NCBI GenBank assembly: GCA_951406725.2
Contig: OX597816.1
Coordinates: 149,172,001-149,236,000, forward strand
DNA from: Octopus vulgaris
Lineage: Eukaryota
Reading direction: 5' to 3'
Length of the DNA: 64,000 bases
Every line of letters begins with the position of its first letter. The first letter of the stretch is position 1. The translations under genes were made by a program, and so were the position numbers. The notes beneath the pieces were generated by a model that was not told the origin of the DNA, made no database searches, and saw only the letters and a program-made list of their open reading frames with translations. Positions 26,813 to 40,380 of the stretch are shown here, one piece after another.

Positions 26813-28947
26813 GAAAGTCAAGCTGAAAGGTTGTATTAATAAGAGAGAAGGTGGGCATGAGAACCTAGTATCTGGATATGTAGTGTCACGTACCTGCTTA
26901 TACATACACACACACAGGCAATTATGTGAATAAACAAATTGGATGTATCAACTATATTAGTTTGGAAATGAAATATGAAGTATGTATACATGCATAACAA
27001 GAGAAAGCAGAAGATAGATACTTTCAGATAATGAAGTATATATATATATATAGGTCCAAGTTACAGAGTACAAACAACAAAGAAAATTTTAAAAAAGTTT
27101 TTGAAGTCCAACAGCGGGGACTCAGAGATCCATAATATTGTTGGTAGATTTAGTTCATTACAAGCAGCTGTATGGATGCAATTAACATCACTTTACAAGT
27201 TTTATTTTTCAAGCTCAAGATCTAAATCAAGTGCAAAAATTTCTACTACCATAAATGTTCCGGTGTATTACTGAGAAATTTATATAAAGCGAAAAAAAGC
27301 TTCTACGCAAACAATTCTAGACTTGTTATTTAAAAAGAAATCTACATGTCTGTCTAGGAGTGCTTGTTGAATTGGCAATCGTGTCTACAAGTGATGGTGG
27401 CATGAGTCTAGTGCAAGTGAAATTGATTCAGAAAATGATTATAATAATAATATTTTTTATTATAAATGATCTTGATATTCTTTTGACTTTACATAAAATA
27501 TTCTTTACATTCTACTGTTGTTTTATTGCCATTTATCTATCAGTATTATAAATTTTACAGATAAAATATTTTTTTCTGGAAAATTATTGTTCTGCTTTAT
27601 GTGTTTTAGTTTTACAAGCTATCTCTGGGAAAATATTAACTTGTATATCAAGGCATAACTGTATAAATAGACACATGGCCATATGAACAGAGTTAACTTC
27701 ATAATATGTTCTCAGGATCTATTTAAGTGGCAACTTGGGCAAATGTCTTGTACTACAGCTGCAGGTCAACTAATGACTTGTGAGAGAAATTGGAAAATGG
27801 AAACAGTAGGGATGCCTGTTGTGAGTGTGGATGTTTATATTCCTAGTTAACAATATGACATGTTTTCAAAGATCATTGGAATGAAAAAAATACCTGAATT
27901 TAAATCAGGTAATGGTTGGGAACTGGAAGAGTTGAGTTAATAAAAAAAAAATTGCTCCAGTCCTTAATAGAATCCATTGAATCTGATTATATGCGTTTGT
28001 TTAACCCTAAGTCATGACTGGGTGTCCCATGTCCTCCATACATTCTTAAAATGGTAGGGTGTGATTTGAAAGAACATCTGCTATTTAATTAGTTAAGCCA
28101 AGCAACTAACTGCACAGAGCTCCTTGTTTAGCCCCAAGTCATGTTTGGTCGGATTGATCAATGATGAAAGACAGGTTGTCTGTTTTTATTTCATCAGGTA
28201 TTGATTCCAAGAGTTGATGAACCTGATCACAAGTGTAACTTCAAAGTCAGATTTCACTGTCAATCTTTTCTTTGTAAGCATAAGTTTTAAGCTCTATATA
28301 TATATTTAGAATTGTTTCAGTTAACGTTTGAACGTCTTGCTAAGTCATTATGTGCCAGAAGACATGACTAGATGTACACACACACACAACAATAATATAT
28401 AAATACGTACGAAATATGTATGTGTGCATATACTGTTCTAACAGTCGATAATAGAAAGTGGAACCCTTCTTATTTTGGAATAAATCCATGGGCAGTTTAA
28501 TATTTAATTCAATGTTATTGTGTACATAAGTATTTGTGCATTCTAATCCACATTGCTGGAAAAGTATAAACATTGAAATTTTTTTTTAAGAAACATAATT
28601 CTTGAAAAAAATGCTTTAGTAGTAAAAAGTTCGAATAACGATTTCTGATGTATAACAAAGCATGTGGATAACATCTACCTTTCCCTTCACTGTTTTCTTT
28701 TTGACAAACTCAAGACGACCTTTTTAAAGTAAGCTATCATCAGATACGTAATACATGCCATCGAATTATTTTTGAAATATATCATAGAAGATAACAAAAA
28801 AGTCCATACATTGCAAATGAAGAAAATTAAACAGATTTAAGTTAATTTAGAATTAAGTAGCCTTTAAAGATGTAATGAATGTAATAAACAAGTTTGATAC
28901 AATGATATTATATATATATTATATATGTGTATGTGTGAATTACTTAC

Positions 28948-29124
28948 TAAGAAGGAATAACAAGGTTTTTTATAATGACGAGCGAGTGTGGCTTTAGGGA
29001 TTGCGAACTTCTTAGCAGCTTTTCTAATACTGAGACTTCCAGACAGTACTGCTGATACGGCAGAAACCATCTGGCTAGATGACCACTTCCCATTGTCTGT
29101 TTTCCGGACATACGACTGAACCAT
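28948..29124 (-). CDS. Variable exon V11: pipsqueak-type (psq) HTH
   Basis: ATG 29124; MVQSYVRKT....W....M..AV.AV..G.LSIRKAAKKFAIPKATL.RH; donor TTA|GTAAGT, phase 0. Confidence 0.85.
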
Positions 29125-30080
29125 AATTGACTTCCAAAATTTCCAACAACAAATTTCTTCAGTAAGCCACTTTACACTGAACAACTCAATCTTTTTATCA
29201 TACTATACTTAGAAATAGCATTCGTTACCTTTCCATTTAATTTTATTAATACAGCAATCGATTTCATACGAAGTGCGGTAAAAACTATTTACAATAGTAT
29301 TTTTACACTAAGCATTCTTCGATTCTTAAGTATGGAATACTAATAAAAATAAATACAAGAAAACGAACGCAAATTCTTTAACTATTTATTTTCTCCGCAG
29401 GGCCTTAATGTTTGTTTACAGACACGTCAGACGTGATCGAATAACGAATTTTTTTTAACAATCAGTCTTTTAAGAGGATCATATCTTCAATATAAGCACA
29501 GAAAACTGTTAAGTTTTAGTTACATTAGAAGATCTGACCATATAATAGATATGTTGACAATATAAAAATACAAGCCCCGCATTAGGTGAAATCGTCGATT
29601 TTCAGAGTGTCTCTATGAAACAGACAGTCGGCCATTTTGTAAATCACAATTAAATAAACAACGTAACGTTTCCTTTGAGTATCTGACATGAATTCTTCCA
29701 GATAAATTCACAAATCCAATAATATACATTAAAAAAAAAAACTAGTTCTAAATATATAAAAAAAAAGCAAATGAAATATTAAAAACTACGAAACACAGAC
29801 AACCGCCACCGTGTCATCCACAGAGAAGACTTCCATAATAACGTTAAAGATTCTCGCGAGAATTTGCCGAGATGTTGCAAAGCAACAAACTACTATTGAG
29901 AAAACATTGAAAGTTCAAGGAGGAGGGGAAGAGAGCCTGGCCACTCGATTTCGATTCTAATTTGGAGTCATTTTACTTTCATCTATGTTAATAACAACCT
30001 AAAAATGTTCCAGCCTATTCCTAATTTTTCTCTTAAAGAACAGTTTAGATAGAAATAGGAAGAAATATAAAAAGGTTAGT

Positions 30081-30880
30081 GAGTGTGGGCGCACGAAAAA
30101 GTAGCCTGGATTCAGTAGCGTAGTGTATATAGAGAATTGATTTTACTCGCTTGTTCTTGTCATCCACTTTTAATTGCTGTACACATGTGAAATGAGTTGG
30201 ATCCAACTTTAGACTTTTCAACACCCGCTGGCATGTCCTCCTGCTTATGTGAGACTCCTGCGCCAATTTACGTGTTGACTTGTTTGGACTTCGAGTAATC
30301 CTTCGGCGAACCTCCTGAATAACTTCCGGCGTTCGAACTGTAGGGTCTCTTGGTTTGGGGGCGTTGTGCACTGACCCCGTAGCGCGCCACTTCTTAACCA
30401 ACATTTGTATCGTTCTTTTTGCCGGTAAGCCTTTACCCGGAAACTTAACTTCAAAAATTTCACGCGTTTGCTTAACAGAACCCGTTCTCACATACGTTTT
30501 CACAATCTCCATCCTTTCTGCTATTGAGTACGTCATTTTGCAGAAAAAAACCCAGAGATGTCAACTCAACGCAACCATACAATCAACTAATGTGGTGGGG
30601 ATAACGTAGCAAACAGTCGACTAGTACGCCATCTTTGATCAGCAGTTACACGCGGTCGAAATAACACAATGACACATGCAAACGAAAGGCCGAATGCTTT
30701 TTTTGCTTGGGTAAATTTATTTCTGTATTCACACTATGCTACGGAACCCAGGCTAATTTTTCAGTCGAAATAACACAACGGCACTTGCAAACGAAAAACG
30801 ATATTTTTCACATGTTTTATTTTATTTTTGTATTTACACTACGCTACAAAATCCGGGCTACTTTTTCGTGCTCCATCCTG
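30081..30880 (-). mobile_element. Internally deleted mariner/Tc1-like element containing V12
   Basis: Imperfect TIRs: gcacgaaaaagtagcctggattcagtagcgtagtgta (30091-30127) vs tacactacgctacaaaatccgggctactttttcgtgc (30835-30871); ~108-bp direct duplication 30655-30762 / 30764-30868. Confidence 0.8.
30147..30536 (-). CDS. Variable exon V12: mariner-like transposase N-terminal HTH (DUF4817-like) domains
   Basis: MTYSIAERMEIVKTY..TGS....F..KFP....P....I..LVKKW..TGSV......R..TVRTPE.I..V...I.RSP.KSTR.LA....IS...C.R.LK; no DDD; donor CGA|GTAAAA, phase 0 (weaker site). Confidence 0.75.
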
Positions 30881-33472
30881 AGTTAGTGGGTGTGTGCGTG
30901 CAAGCAGACTGCAAGGTGATCTTTGTCTCATGTTCTGATTCTGCCAATCTAACACCATGGATTAATGTTTTACCGATATGAGAAATATGAAAAGCAGGTA
31001 CAAAAGCTGAACTCAAAGGGATTTCAAGTTCAGGATGGAATGATGCAATCCCTAGATGACAAAGTTTCCAACAGTTTTTGATGGTCAGATTCTTTCAAAA
31101 CATGAAAGACTCAGAAAAACATCTTCAAAATGAGGTGGGTGTTGTAGTATGAATTTACCAGATTTGTTTGTAAATAGAGCATGTCGTTTCTATGCATACA
31201 TAGTCAACCACTTAACCACGCATCTGTTTAAGTTTTAACTAATACCCTGTGAATATGGTAGTTGGAAACTGCAGAAGTGTGTTGTGCAGTATCTCTGTTG
31301 TCTGTCTTTAAGTTGGCATTGCTTAAAGAAAAATTGGTACCATTTATGTCCTGTTTCCGTTCACTAAATTTTATCACACTGTGGCCGTAGCAGAAGCTAG
31401 TGAATTGAACTTCTTGTTAACATAGCCACATCGCTGTCTAGAGTGCATAGTCATTGTCATCAGATGACGGTGAGCAACCAAAACTGCGAAGTCACAATGG
31501 ATAGATGAGTGTTTTAAGATGAGGAGAGAGTGCAAGGTAGAGTACACACATCACACATAAACTTGTATTAAGAAGTTTGCTTCCCAACCAAGTGATTTAG
31601 GGGTTCAGTCCCACTGCATGGTGCTTTGGGCAAGTGTCATCCTGTGCCTTTATGAGTGGATCTGGCAGAGAAACTGATGGAAGGCTGTCAAATGTGCGTT
31701 TTCATGTCTGTCTTGATATCGCAAAACACCATCATATAATGGTGCTATTCGTTTTTACAGATTAGTGAAAACATGTCTAGGTATGGGAAAATATTACCTT
31801 GCTTGTAAAACAGGAAGTTGGTGACTGGAAGAGCATCCAGTCACAGAAAATCAACTGCAATAATTTGTCTGACCTATGCAAGTATGGAAAAGTTGGACAA
31901 AAAAATGACATAGTTACTTAATAACTGTTTCATTCAGTTCTGCATTTAAGTTTCATAGGCAAAGACATTCCATTTCATCGGTTTGAAGAGTGGAAAGAAT
32001 TTAAAAGACAATGGTTTCTAAGTGTATAGAATTCTATTGGTCAGATTAAACCATGTGGTTAGTTTTGCTCTCATACAGGTAACAGTTATTTTATTGTTAG
32101 GTCCACTTGATGAAGCAGACAAGATGTTGGTGTAAATTTGTACGCATTCTGCAGGGTAACAAATTCAGAGACATCAGCTCTCTACCATGGATACTGAATG
32201 TGATAGGGTGTAGACAATTAGTCACTATTCTGTAGGATAGGGTATTTTAGTGACAATAGTTATGCTGAGGGTGGTCAGTAACCAATTTGATGGTGTTGGG
32301 TCATAGATATATTCAAATGACCAACATAATTAAGCAGCAATCTCTACATGTAGCAGGGTAGGATGCTAGCGAGACCTAGGGTGGTATATCTCATTATTAG
32401 AAGCTATAGGTTTGAAGCTCATTAACAATGTATGTCCACTAGCAACAATAAGATAGGTAGGTAATTTTTCCTTTTGACAAATACAGTAGGCTGGTAGAGG
32501 GGTTTGCATGTTCTCATGAAGAGAAAGCAGCTAGCAATTATCATATGCAAGTGTGCTTGTATGTGAATGTAACTACACACATACTGTTGGTGATTTCTTT
32601 TACTTCTTTGGACCTTTCCCTGTATATCATGTGTGTATTGTTCCCCGTTTATCATATGTGTGTATTGTTCATTTTAAGGTCTGTTTTCCATGCTAGCATG
32701 AGTTAGACATGGTGTTATTCGAGGCAGGATATCATAGCCAGATGTTTTTTTCTTTTTGCTAAACTGTAACTTATTTCAAGGAAGGGCTCTTTTTCAGGTT
32801 TTCAAATGCACAGTGTCAGGCAATAATATAAACTGTCATAAACATTTATGTGCATGGGTTTCCTGTAATTTTTCATTCAAATTCATTCACAAGGCCTGGA
32901 ACTATAGCAAAGCCACTCAAAGTGCTATTTAAACACAAGACTAAACCATAATAATACCACTTGGTTGTGGGTGTATGATCATATTGTGTATGGCCTTAAT
33001 CAGCCATGTAGACCAATTTATATCTAAGACAGGTAGTTCAGTATATAATCTATATTATATAATATATATATTATACAAGAAAAATATTTAGTGCACTTAG
33101 CTAATGAGTATACATGTAAATGTTTATTGCTATGTTCTGTTTGTGACTGAGTTTTGTGAGTTAATTTCAAAGATGGATTCCAAGATTAAGATTCAATATC
33201 CATGTTATGCCTCAGAGCCATACCTACTATTGGTATTATGTCAGGAATAAATATTAGTATTATATAGTTAAAACTACATTCCAGAAACCCTAAACTACAT
33301 CTAATTACAATGCTGTTATAATTTCTGAAAGCCTTCAAACATCATAATACACTAATTTAACCCTTTAGTGTTCAAATTATTGTCAAATGTAATTGCTTAT
33401 TCATTTACATTTCTTTGAATCAATCATGAATTATTTCATAGCTTTGAGATTTTGAAGATATGATTGCATATA

Positions 33473-34622
33473 CAGTGTGTGAGGGTTGTTTGAGGACATT
33501 TCACTTTTAGCTCATTACACCTTCAAATTATTTAATGTATCACCCCCCTCCCTCAGATAACCCTTTCAAAATATGCTAACTCAAGGAATGAAAAGACACA
33601 CAGTCATAGTTGCTATATATGCAATCCACAATGATTTAGAAATCAGTAATTTTCTCACAAATGTTGCAAGATCATTTGTACACAAAGTTAGGTTGAAATT
33701 GAAGGCATGTGATAATAATGTTTCACCTGTATCAAAAAGAAAAAAAACATTCACAACGCTCAGACACTAAAAGGACACTGGAAATTATACATGTTCAAAA
33801 CATTATCTATGAAAATCCCAAAAGATCAATGAGGTCCATTGCTTAAAAACTTTGAGTGTCAGAGTGGACTATAAGAACTATGGTACATTGTGACACTCAA
33901 TACAAAGAAATACCAATTTGTCTGCGAAGACACCAGAAAACTGTCTCATCCGTTCAAAACGGTTACTTGAAAAACCCTCATGAATTTTCTAATGGAAAAA
34001 GAAAAAAAACAACCCAACTTTGACCAGGTGGTTATGTGCAGATCCTTCTGAAATACCCAGAGTGATGCACACGAAAATCATGTGATGCCTCCCCACATTT
34101 TTTCCACAGGGTCTTAGAATTAAAGCTGCTGGATACATTGAGGTACTGGAAACTTATCAAGCCCTGGATTGATGAAGTATGCAATGGAAGGATATACATG
34201 TTTTAACAAGACTCAGCACCTTCTCACAAAGTACTAGTCACTCATGAATGGTTGTCAGACAATTTTTATGATTATGTAACACCCAATATGTGGCCTCCAA
34301 ACTTGCCAAATTTGAACCCTATGGACTACATGTGGAGCACTGTTGAAAGGGAGACTAATTATCATCCTCATAATACCAGAGCTTCACTGAAGGCTGCCAC
34401 TGTCCAGGTCATGTCCGAAATGAATTAGAACCATATAATATCAGGATACCAGCAGCTTCGATTCCGCATTGAAGTTGAAGGTGGCTTCACAGAATAATTT
34501 GCATAAAAAATCATTACCAAGATTAATTGCACAAATGTTTATTCAAATACACATTTAGTTATGCTGAAATATAGTTGTTTTATTGTATACCAAAACTGTC
34601 CTCAAATACCTCTCACACCCTG
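33473..34622 (+). mobile_element. Decayed DD37D (maT-type) Tc1/mariner DNA transposon
   Basis: TA-flanked TIRs CAGTGTGTGAGGGTTGTTTGAGGACA / TGTCCTCAAATACCTCTCACACCCTG; broken transposase from 33573 with QDSAPSHK...WPPNLPNLNPMDY (37 residues between the two Asp). Confidence 0.88.
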
Positions 34623-36206
34623 TATTTCGATTGATATTGTACAGTAGGTGTGAGAAACCATATCTAGCTGGTTTGAACATAAAACAGGTAGAATATTTGG
34701 GTTGGATATGGCTGGTTTAAATGCTGAAGAGTTAAACACACACACACACACGTATACTTCAACATTTACTATACATAATAGATTGAGGCAAAAAGGCACT
34801 CAGTGGAACTGGACATAAAGTTACATATGTGAAGTGAACTTCCTAACCTCACAGACATGGCTATGCATGTATATGTTCTGCTAAGCTTACAATTACTGCA
34901 TCTTCCACACCATGACATGTCTGTCTATCTGTAATTTTTCTTGTAAAATACGAGCAAGATGCTATTTCCTGATCCATCTAGACGGACTGCACCTCAGATA
35001 TATGTATGTGTATATATAGAAGCCTACATGTTGGGGTAATGTTTTAACATCATCTATTCTCCTGTCACTTATTACAACACAAAGTGACATGGTGTACAGT
35101 ACCTCTCACTACACGCAACAGCAATCTACAGAGTGTATTTTTTGGTGAACTAATACTAGAGAGGTTTAAGGCAATAACAAGGGTTCACTCAACCCTATGA
35201 TGTCTTGTTTGTTTGCTTACTGTACTGGGTGAAATTGGAGAGATAGTGCTAGTGAAGTAATGGAAGCAGAAGTACCTCCTCCTGACAAAGTTGAACTACA
35301 CCTCAACTAGCCTAATCCTCTTCTAAATCAGTTTTGCAATACCCCTTACTGTAACTTTAAAAACCAGGTCCAAAAGCTCAATACTGTAGTTTTATTGTTC
35401 TAGAACATCTCTTTGCCTCTGTATCAATTTATGGCAGCAGGGTTGGGTGAGTAATAAAGAGTAGAGTACATAGGAGTCATGACTACTACAGAAATGTAGA
35501 TAATTAGTTGTGCTCTGAGTGTTCATGCAGGAGTACATGATAGCTGTATGTTATATTTAGACATAATATCAAACAGTTTTATTTTTACATCTGCTTTTTC
35601 ATGCATACATAAGTTAACTAGTCCTCTCCACTTGTGTCATTTTATCATCAGCTTTCTCCCCTTGGGTTGCTTGGTACATCTAACCAACTTACCCATACAT
35701 GTCTGTACCAAACCAGTTGTCTCTCTTGTACATTACATCTGATTCTTCTTATATCCAGATTTTCTCTTTTTCATTTCTCTCCCTTCAATGTTCTCATGCA
35801 GTTGACTTTTTTTTGAAGAGAATCTCTTTGTTGCCAGTAAAAGCAATGACTCCTTGAACCGTTTTACTCTATTATGCACTCAGAGTACAAATGAAAACCA
35901 TTTCTCATAATCTCATCTCCCATGAAGACACCAATCTTCTTTCATATCTTGGTCCATAGAGTCTGAAACGCCTATAATTGGTTCTTTCTAAAAGTATTTC
36001 CTTTGCCCGTGTAGTATTTGACAATTATACTGTCATGTTAATCATTGTGTACAACAACTCTTTGTGTTATTAGGTTGACTATGCAAGTCCTATTTGAGAT
36101 ATTTTTAGCATCTCAACAACTATTTCTGATGGACCTGTCTTCATATCCTTAATGACTATTTTAACTCTATACCTTGCCCACTTCAATTACATATTTTTGT
36201 TTAATT

Positions 36207-36598
36207 CAGGAGTGGCTGTGTGGTAAGTAGCTTGCTAACCAACCACATGGTTCCGGGTTCAGTCCCACTGCGTGGCATCTTGGGCAAGTGTCTTCTACTA
36301 TAGCCCCGGGCCGACCAATGCCTTGTGAGTAGATTTGGTAGACGGAAACTGAAAGAAGCCTGTCGTATATATGTATGTGTGTGTGTGTTTGTGCGTCTGT
36401 GTTTGTTCCCTTAGCATTGCTTGACAACCGATGCTGGTGTGTTTACGTCCCCGTTACTTAGCGGTTCGGCATAAGAGACCGATAGAATAAGTACTGGGCT
36501 TACAAAAAGAATAAGTCCCGGGGTCAAGTTGCTCGACTAAAGGCGGTGCTCCAGCATGGCCGCAGTCAAATGACTGAAACAAGTAAATGAGTAAATGA
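36207..36598 (+). mobile_element. Full-length tRNA-derived SINE (octopus-type)
   Basis: A-box TGGCTGTGTGG, B-box GGTTCAGTCCC, internal microsatellite, tail aaatgactgaaacaagtaa; further copies at ~19210-19350(-), 20330-20470(-), 26445, 31565, 44340-44530(-) and 50555-50860. Confidence 0.88.
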
Positions 36599-38896
36599 CT
36601 TTTTATTTAGACAGAAGGTTAGCAATTTCGAGGAGGGGTTTAGTTGATACTATCGATCCCAGAAAGATGAAAGGCAAATTTGACCTCAGTGAAATTTGAA
36701 CTTACAACATAAAGAGCAGGAGAAATACTGCAAGGCATTTCTTTCAACGCTTTAACGATTCTGCTTTAAACAATGAATGTTATCAACCGGTTATTGCCAT
36801 CGATATCATTAAGTTCTTTAACACTAACAAGAACCTCACGGAACCTACCATTTGTATTATTTTGGAATGTAAATTTACCAGTAATTGTTTACGTTATGAT
36901 TTATCAGTAATTGTTTAGGTTAAGATTTATCATTTTAAGGCATCTCCCGTTGATTTTTCAAATATGTCCTCTTTTAAGACGATGATAGTAGTACAATCTG
37001 AGGGAGAATTGGCTTGCATTTTCTAACAAAGTGACTGAATTAAAGCACCCTCATTGGTTCGTGGATTTGATCAACTAGTCGTGAATGTAAACAGTTTCCT
37101 GTTCTTGTATCCCAATGTTTTAGGAACTATGAGACTGCCGTATGCATATCCACTAAGTATTAGGGTACCAAGAAATGCCTTACTAGTTCAAGTTCTGAAA
37201 TTAGAGACAGAATTCGGGAAATAGGATTTTAAAAATGCAGCTGTTGTTGGGTAAAGTGGAGAGAGGGTGCTACAAATCCGGAAACATCAACATTGCAACT
37301 AAATTCCAAACAGACATAGAAAGTTTCTAGCGTGAATGCCCTTGAGAATGCGACACGAATGTCAAAATTTTCTTATAACCCTTTTCTAAAAATAAATTTG
37401 CTAGACATCGAAAAATACTTGAGCATGTCAAATGTCAATTACAATTTTCAGTCCTAGTTGCCTACAACTCATGGGAAAGATATGCACGCCACATTCCATC
37501 TTCACAGTGTTTGCTACCTCCTTGCTCCAAGTTCAAATCCTGCCTTGGGTCAATAAGTTAAAAGCTAGCTAATAATCCTAGTGTATATTCAAGATGTGTA
37601 TACACACACACACACACACATCGAAAATATAACATTCCAACTGTACGTTCTAAAACGATGTTGGGGATAATAACTCATGCGTATCAATACGGATGTAAAC
37701 AAACAAATAATAAACATGGTTTAAAGAGACGGCAAAATAATTTATCAGTTTCGAGAGAAATCCAATTCGGTCTCTATATAGCGTCGTAATATAGCAGTAC
37801 TAATACTCATCGTTTATGTATTCTACTCAACATCTAAATTACTGAAAATGAAAAACGCCTGTACGTGGTTGCCTAATTAAAACCGGGGTGAGGGGGGAAC
37901 CCCTAGCAACAAACCATTTAATGGGCTTAAAGATTTGAGTAGAAAGATCAACTGTTTCATTTGCTTTTTGTTCTTATTCGTGATGCAGTTAAGGCACGGT
38001 AGCCATTTTGAGAGTCGATAATATATATATCTATATACATATATACATACACACACACAATCTGTTTGGTGAGGAGAGGGAATAGATGGCACACTTCAAT
38101 GAAAACTATTTACTTCCATAAACAAATCGAAATAAAGCAAACAGCAGATAACTTGAAAAAGAAAGAAAAGACAAAAACACGAAAAGCCAATAGAATAGGA
38201 TTTCGTATATAACTATATCGCAGATAAAAATAGGGACTATTTATGGACTATTTTTGTCTGAGATTTAGGGACAACCAGCAATACAAATAATAAGCTTTCC
38301 AGTTAGCAACAGCATACTATCGTACAATAGTCAAAATAATTCATCAACTACAATAATCTATCACATATGTGTATATTCTTTCACGTCGTGTCAATAGCAG
38401 CAAATAAAATGCTTATATGACCGCGCCGAGTACCCCCCCCACCCCAACAGCTAAACTAGCATTCAGCGTAAGTGTGTTACAAATCATTACGCTACTCCTC
38501 CTGTCTTTTTTCTCCTTTGTGTGCGTATGTAGATGTATAATGAAACAATGACCACTGCGCAAGAATATTTTATATTCACAGATAGAGTGAAAAGGTTTTC
38601 GGCGTGTAAATAACCAATTATAAGAAGAGGGTAAGTGAGAAAACATTACGCGTTCGACTCAGTCACACACACACAAAATTTGTTTTAATAAGGCATGTTT
38701 TGTGAGAAAATCTTTTCGGTATTTCATTCTATAGTTATCAAAGTAGATTTTAAATTATATCATGCGGAATGAAAAAAGTATCACTTTACGGGATGCAAAT
38801 TCATAAATAGCTGAGAAAGGATGAGGGGGAAAGGAAATGTCATGAGATGAAATGAAAACAACAGAAAACAAGTCATTCAGCTCTATCAATCCTTAC

Positions 38897-39094
38897 CTTT
38901 GAACAGACATATTTATTCTGATCGATCTTGAATACATTTAGTTGAGAATACGGCCGACCGCATGCTTCAATCCATCGCAAACACTTTTCTAGCTTTGTAC
39001 GCGGTTTAGGAAAAGGAATGAAAAATCCACCGTTTATTCGTTCTGGGTACCTTTCGTCGGCGTTACACAAACCCCACACACATCGGCGCACCAT
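38897..39094 (-). CDS. Variable exon V13: N-terminal half-THAP
   Basis: gccATGG start; MVRRCVWGLC..DERYP...FIPFPKP....KC.RW..ACGR...YVCSK; donor AAG|GTAAGG, phase 0, just before the missing HF. Confidence 0.88.
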
Positions 39095-40020
39095 GGCGAG
39101 CTGACTGCAGGGAGGGGAGAGAGCTCAGTAACAAGAGTTAGAGGCAAGGGGAGAGCACAACCGACAACTACAACATACATAACTAATGCTACTAAATACC
39201 ATCGTCACTACAGCTAATTTAAACGCAAGACTTCTGGATGGAGCTGCCAACCGTTTCATGGTTTTATTAGTTGAACAGAAGCGCATGAGCACATTAACCA
39301 ACGAGAAAAGAAAGGACGTAAGTAATGAAATCAACAGTCAGATAAAGACGACTTTTGGATTCCACAATAATACTAAAGAAAAAAAAAACCTACACTGAAC
39401 GGTTTGAAAAAGTAAGGAAATTTACACTCAGTAAACTTTATTGCATTTGGTTATTTACCTTTCAAAACATATTCACAACTAAATCAGCTTAATAGTCCTA
39501 CCCAGCTCCCAAACGAAAACGTCATTTCATTACTACTACTACTATATATATTTTGTGGTTCATGGCAATAAAAGTTTAATATGATTTTAATGACTTATAC
39601 GCGCACATTTCTGCCCTTTATTGACACGACCAGTTTTAGATTGATTACGGATTTATTTCTGATAAATATCTACGATATGAAAACGAACCCAAAACAGTTA
39701 CGTCCACTTGACAGCTGAAAATATAAAATCTTCCCTCCCCCCGCCAAAGGGGTGGGATGCATGTTGTACACCTCCATCAATTATTATATTGAAGCATCCA
39801 GAAATGTATATTTCTGAATAAAGAACGTTGCAACAAAGACTTTACATGAAGATAGAAAAGGGCAATTATAAAATAGCACATTCACATCATGCACACACTA
39901 GGACCAAATTAAGATTTAATGAGAAATTCCAAATTGCTAAAATCTATTCTCAGTATTTGTTCTATAATTATTTAAGCATTTTATTTATTCATATGAAATA
40001 ATTATACTTGTTTCCCTTAC

Positions 40021-40380
40021 TCCGGTCTTAATCGCTGAAACCACCCTTTGCTGACCATAAATGTTTTAGTGCTATCTTGACTCTTCATATTCAGGCAAAT
40101 AAGGACTTCACTCACTCTGTTCAGAATGACCGCCTGCAAAACAGGGACGTTATTATCATCGTCAAGCCAGGGCACTAATAATTTTTCCAGTTTTTTCCCC
40201 ACAGTCTCATCTACTACAAGGGTTTGGTGCACCATGCATTTGTTTCTGCGTGTACACTTTTTTTTAAATGTTGTTCATCATTGTCGATACAATAGAAGGT
40301 CTAGACTCGACGCCTAACAGACAATCGGCAGAAGAATTATTTTCTCAACTGTATTTTACATTCTAGTCTTCCCAAACGCA
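40021..40380 (-). pseudogene. Degenerate CENP-B/Tigger-type HTH variable exon (pseudo-exon)
   Basis: LEKLLVPWLDD...FMVSKGWFQR resembles the V7/Tigger second HTH; upstream frames have stops and shifts; GTAAGG donor at 40020 is out of phase by one base. Confidence 0.55.

Noticed and set aside
36207-36290. tRNA gene
   Set aside because: A/B boxes belong to a multi-copy SINE head; no cloverleaf is evident.
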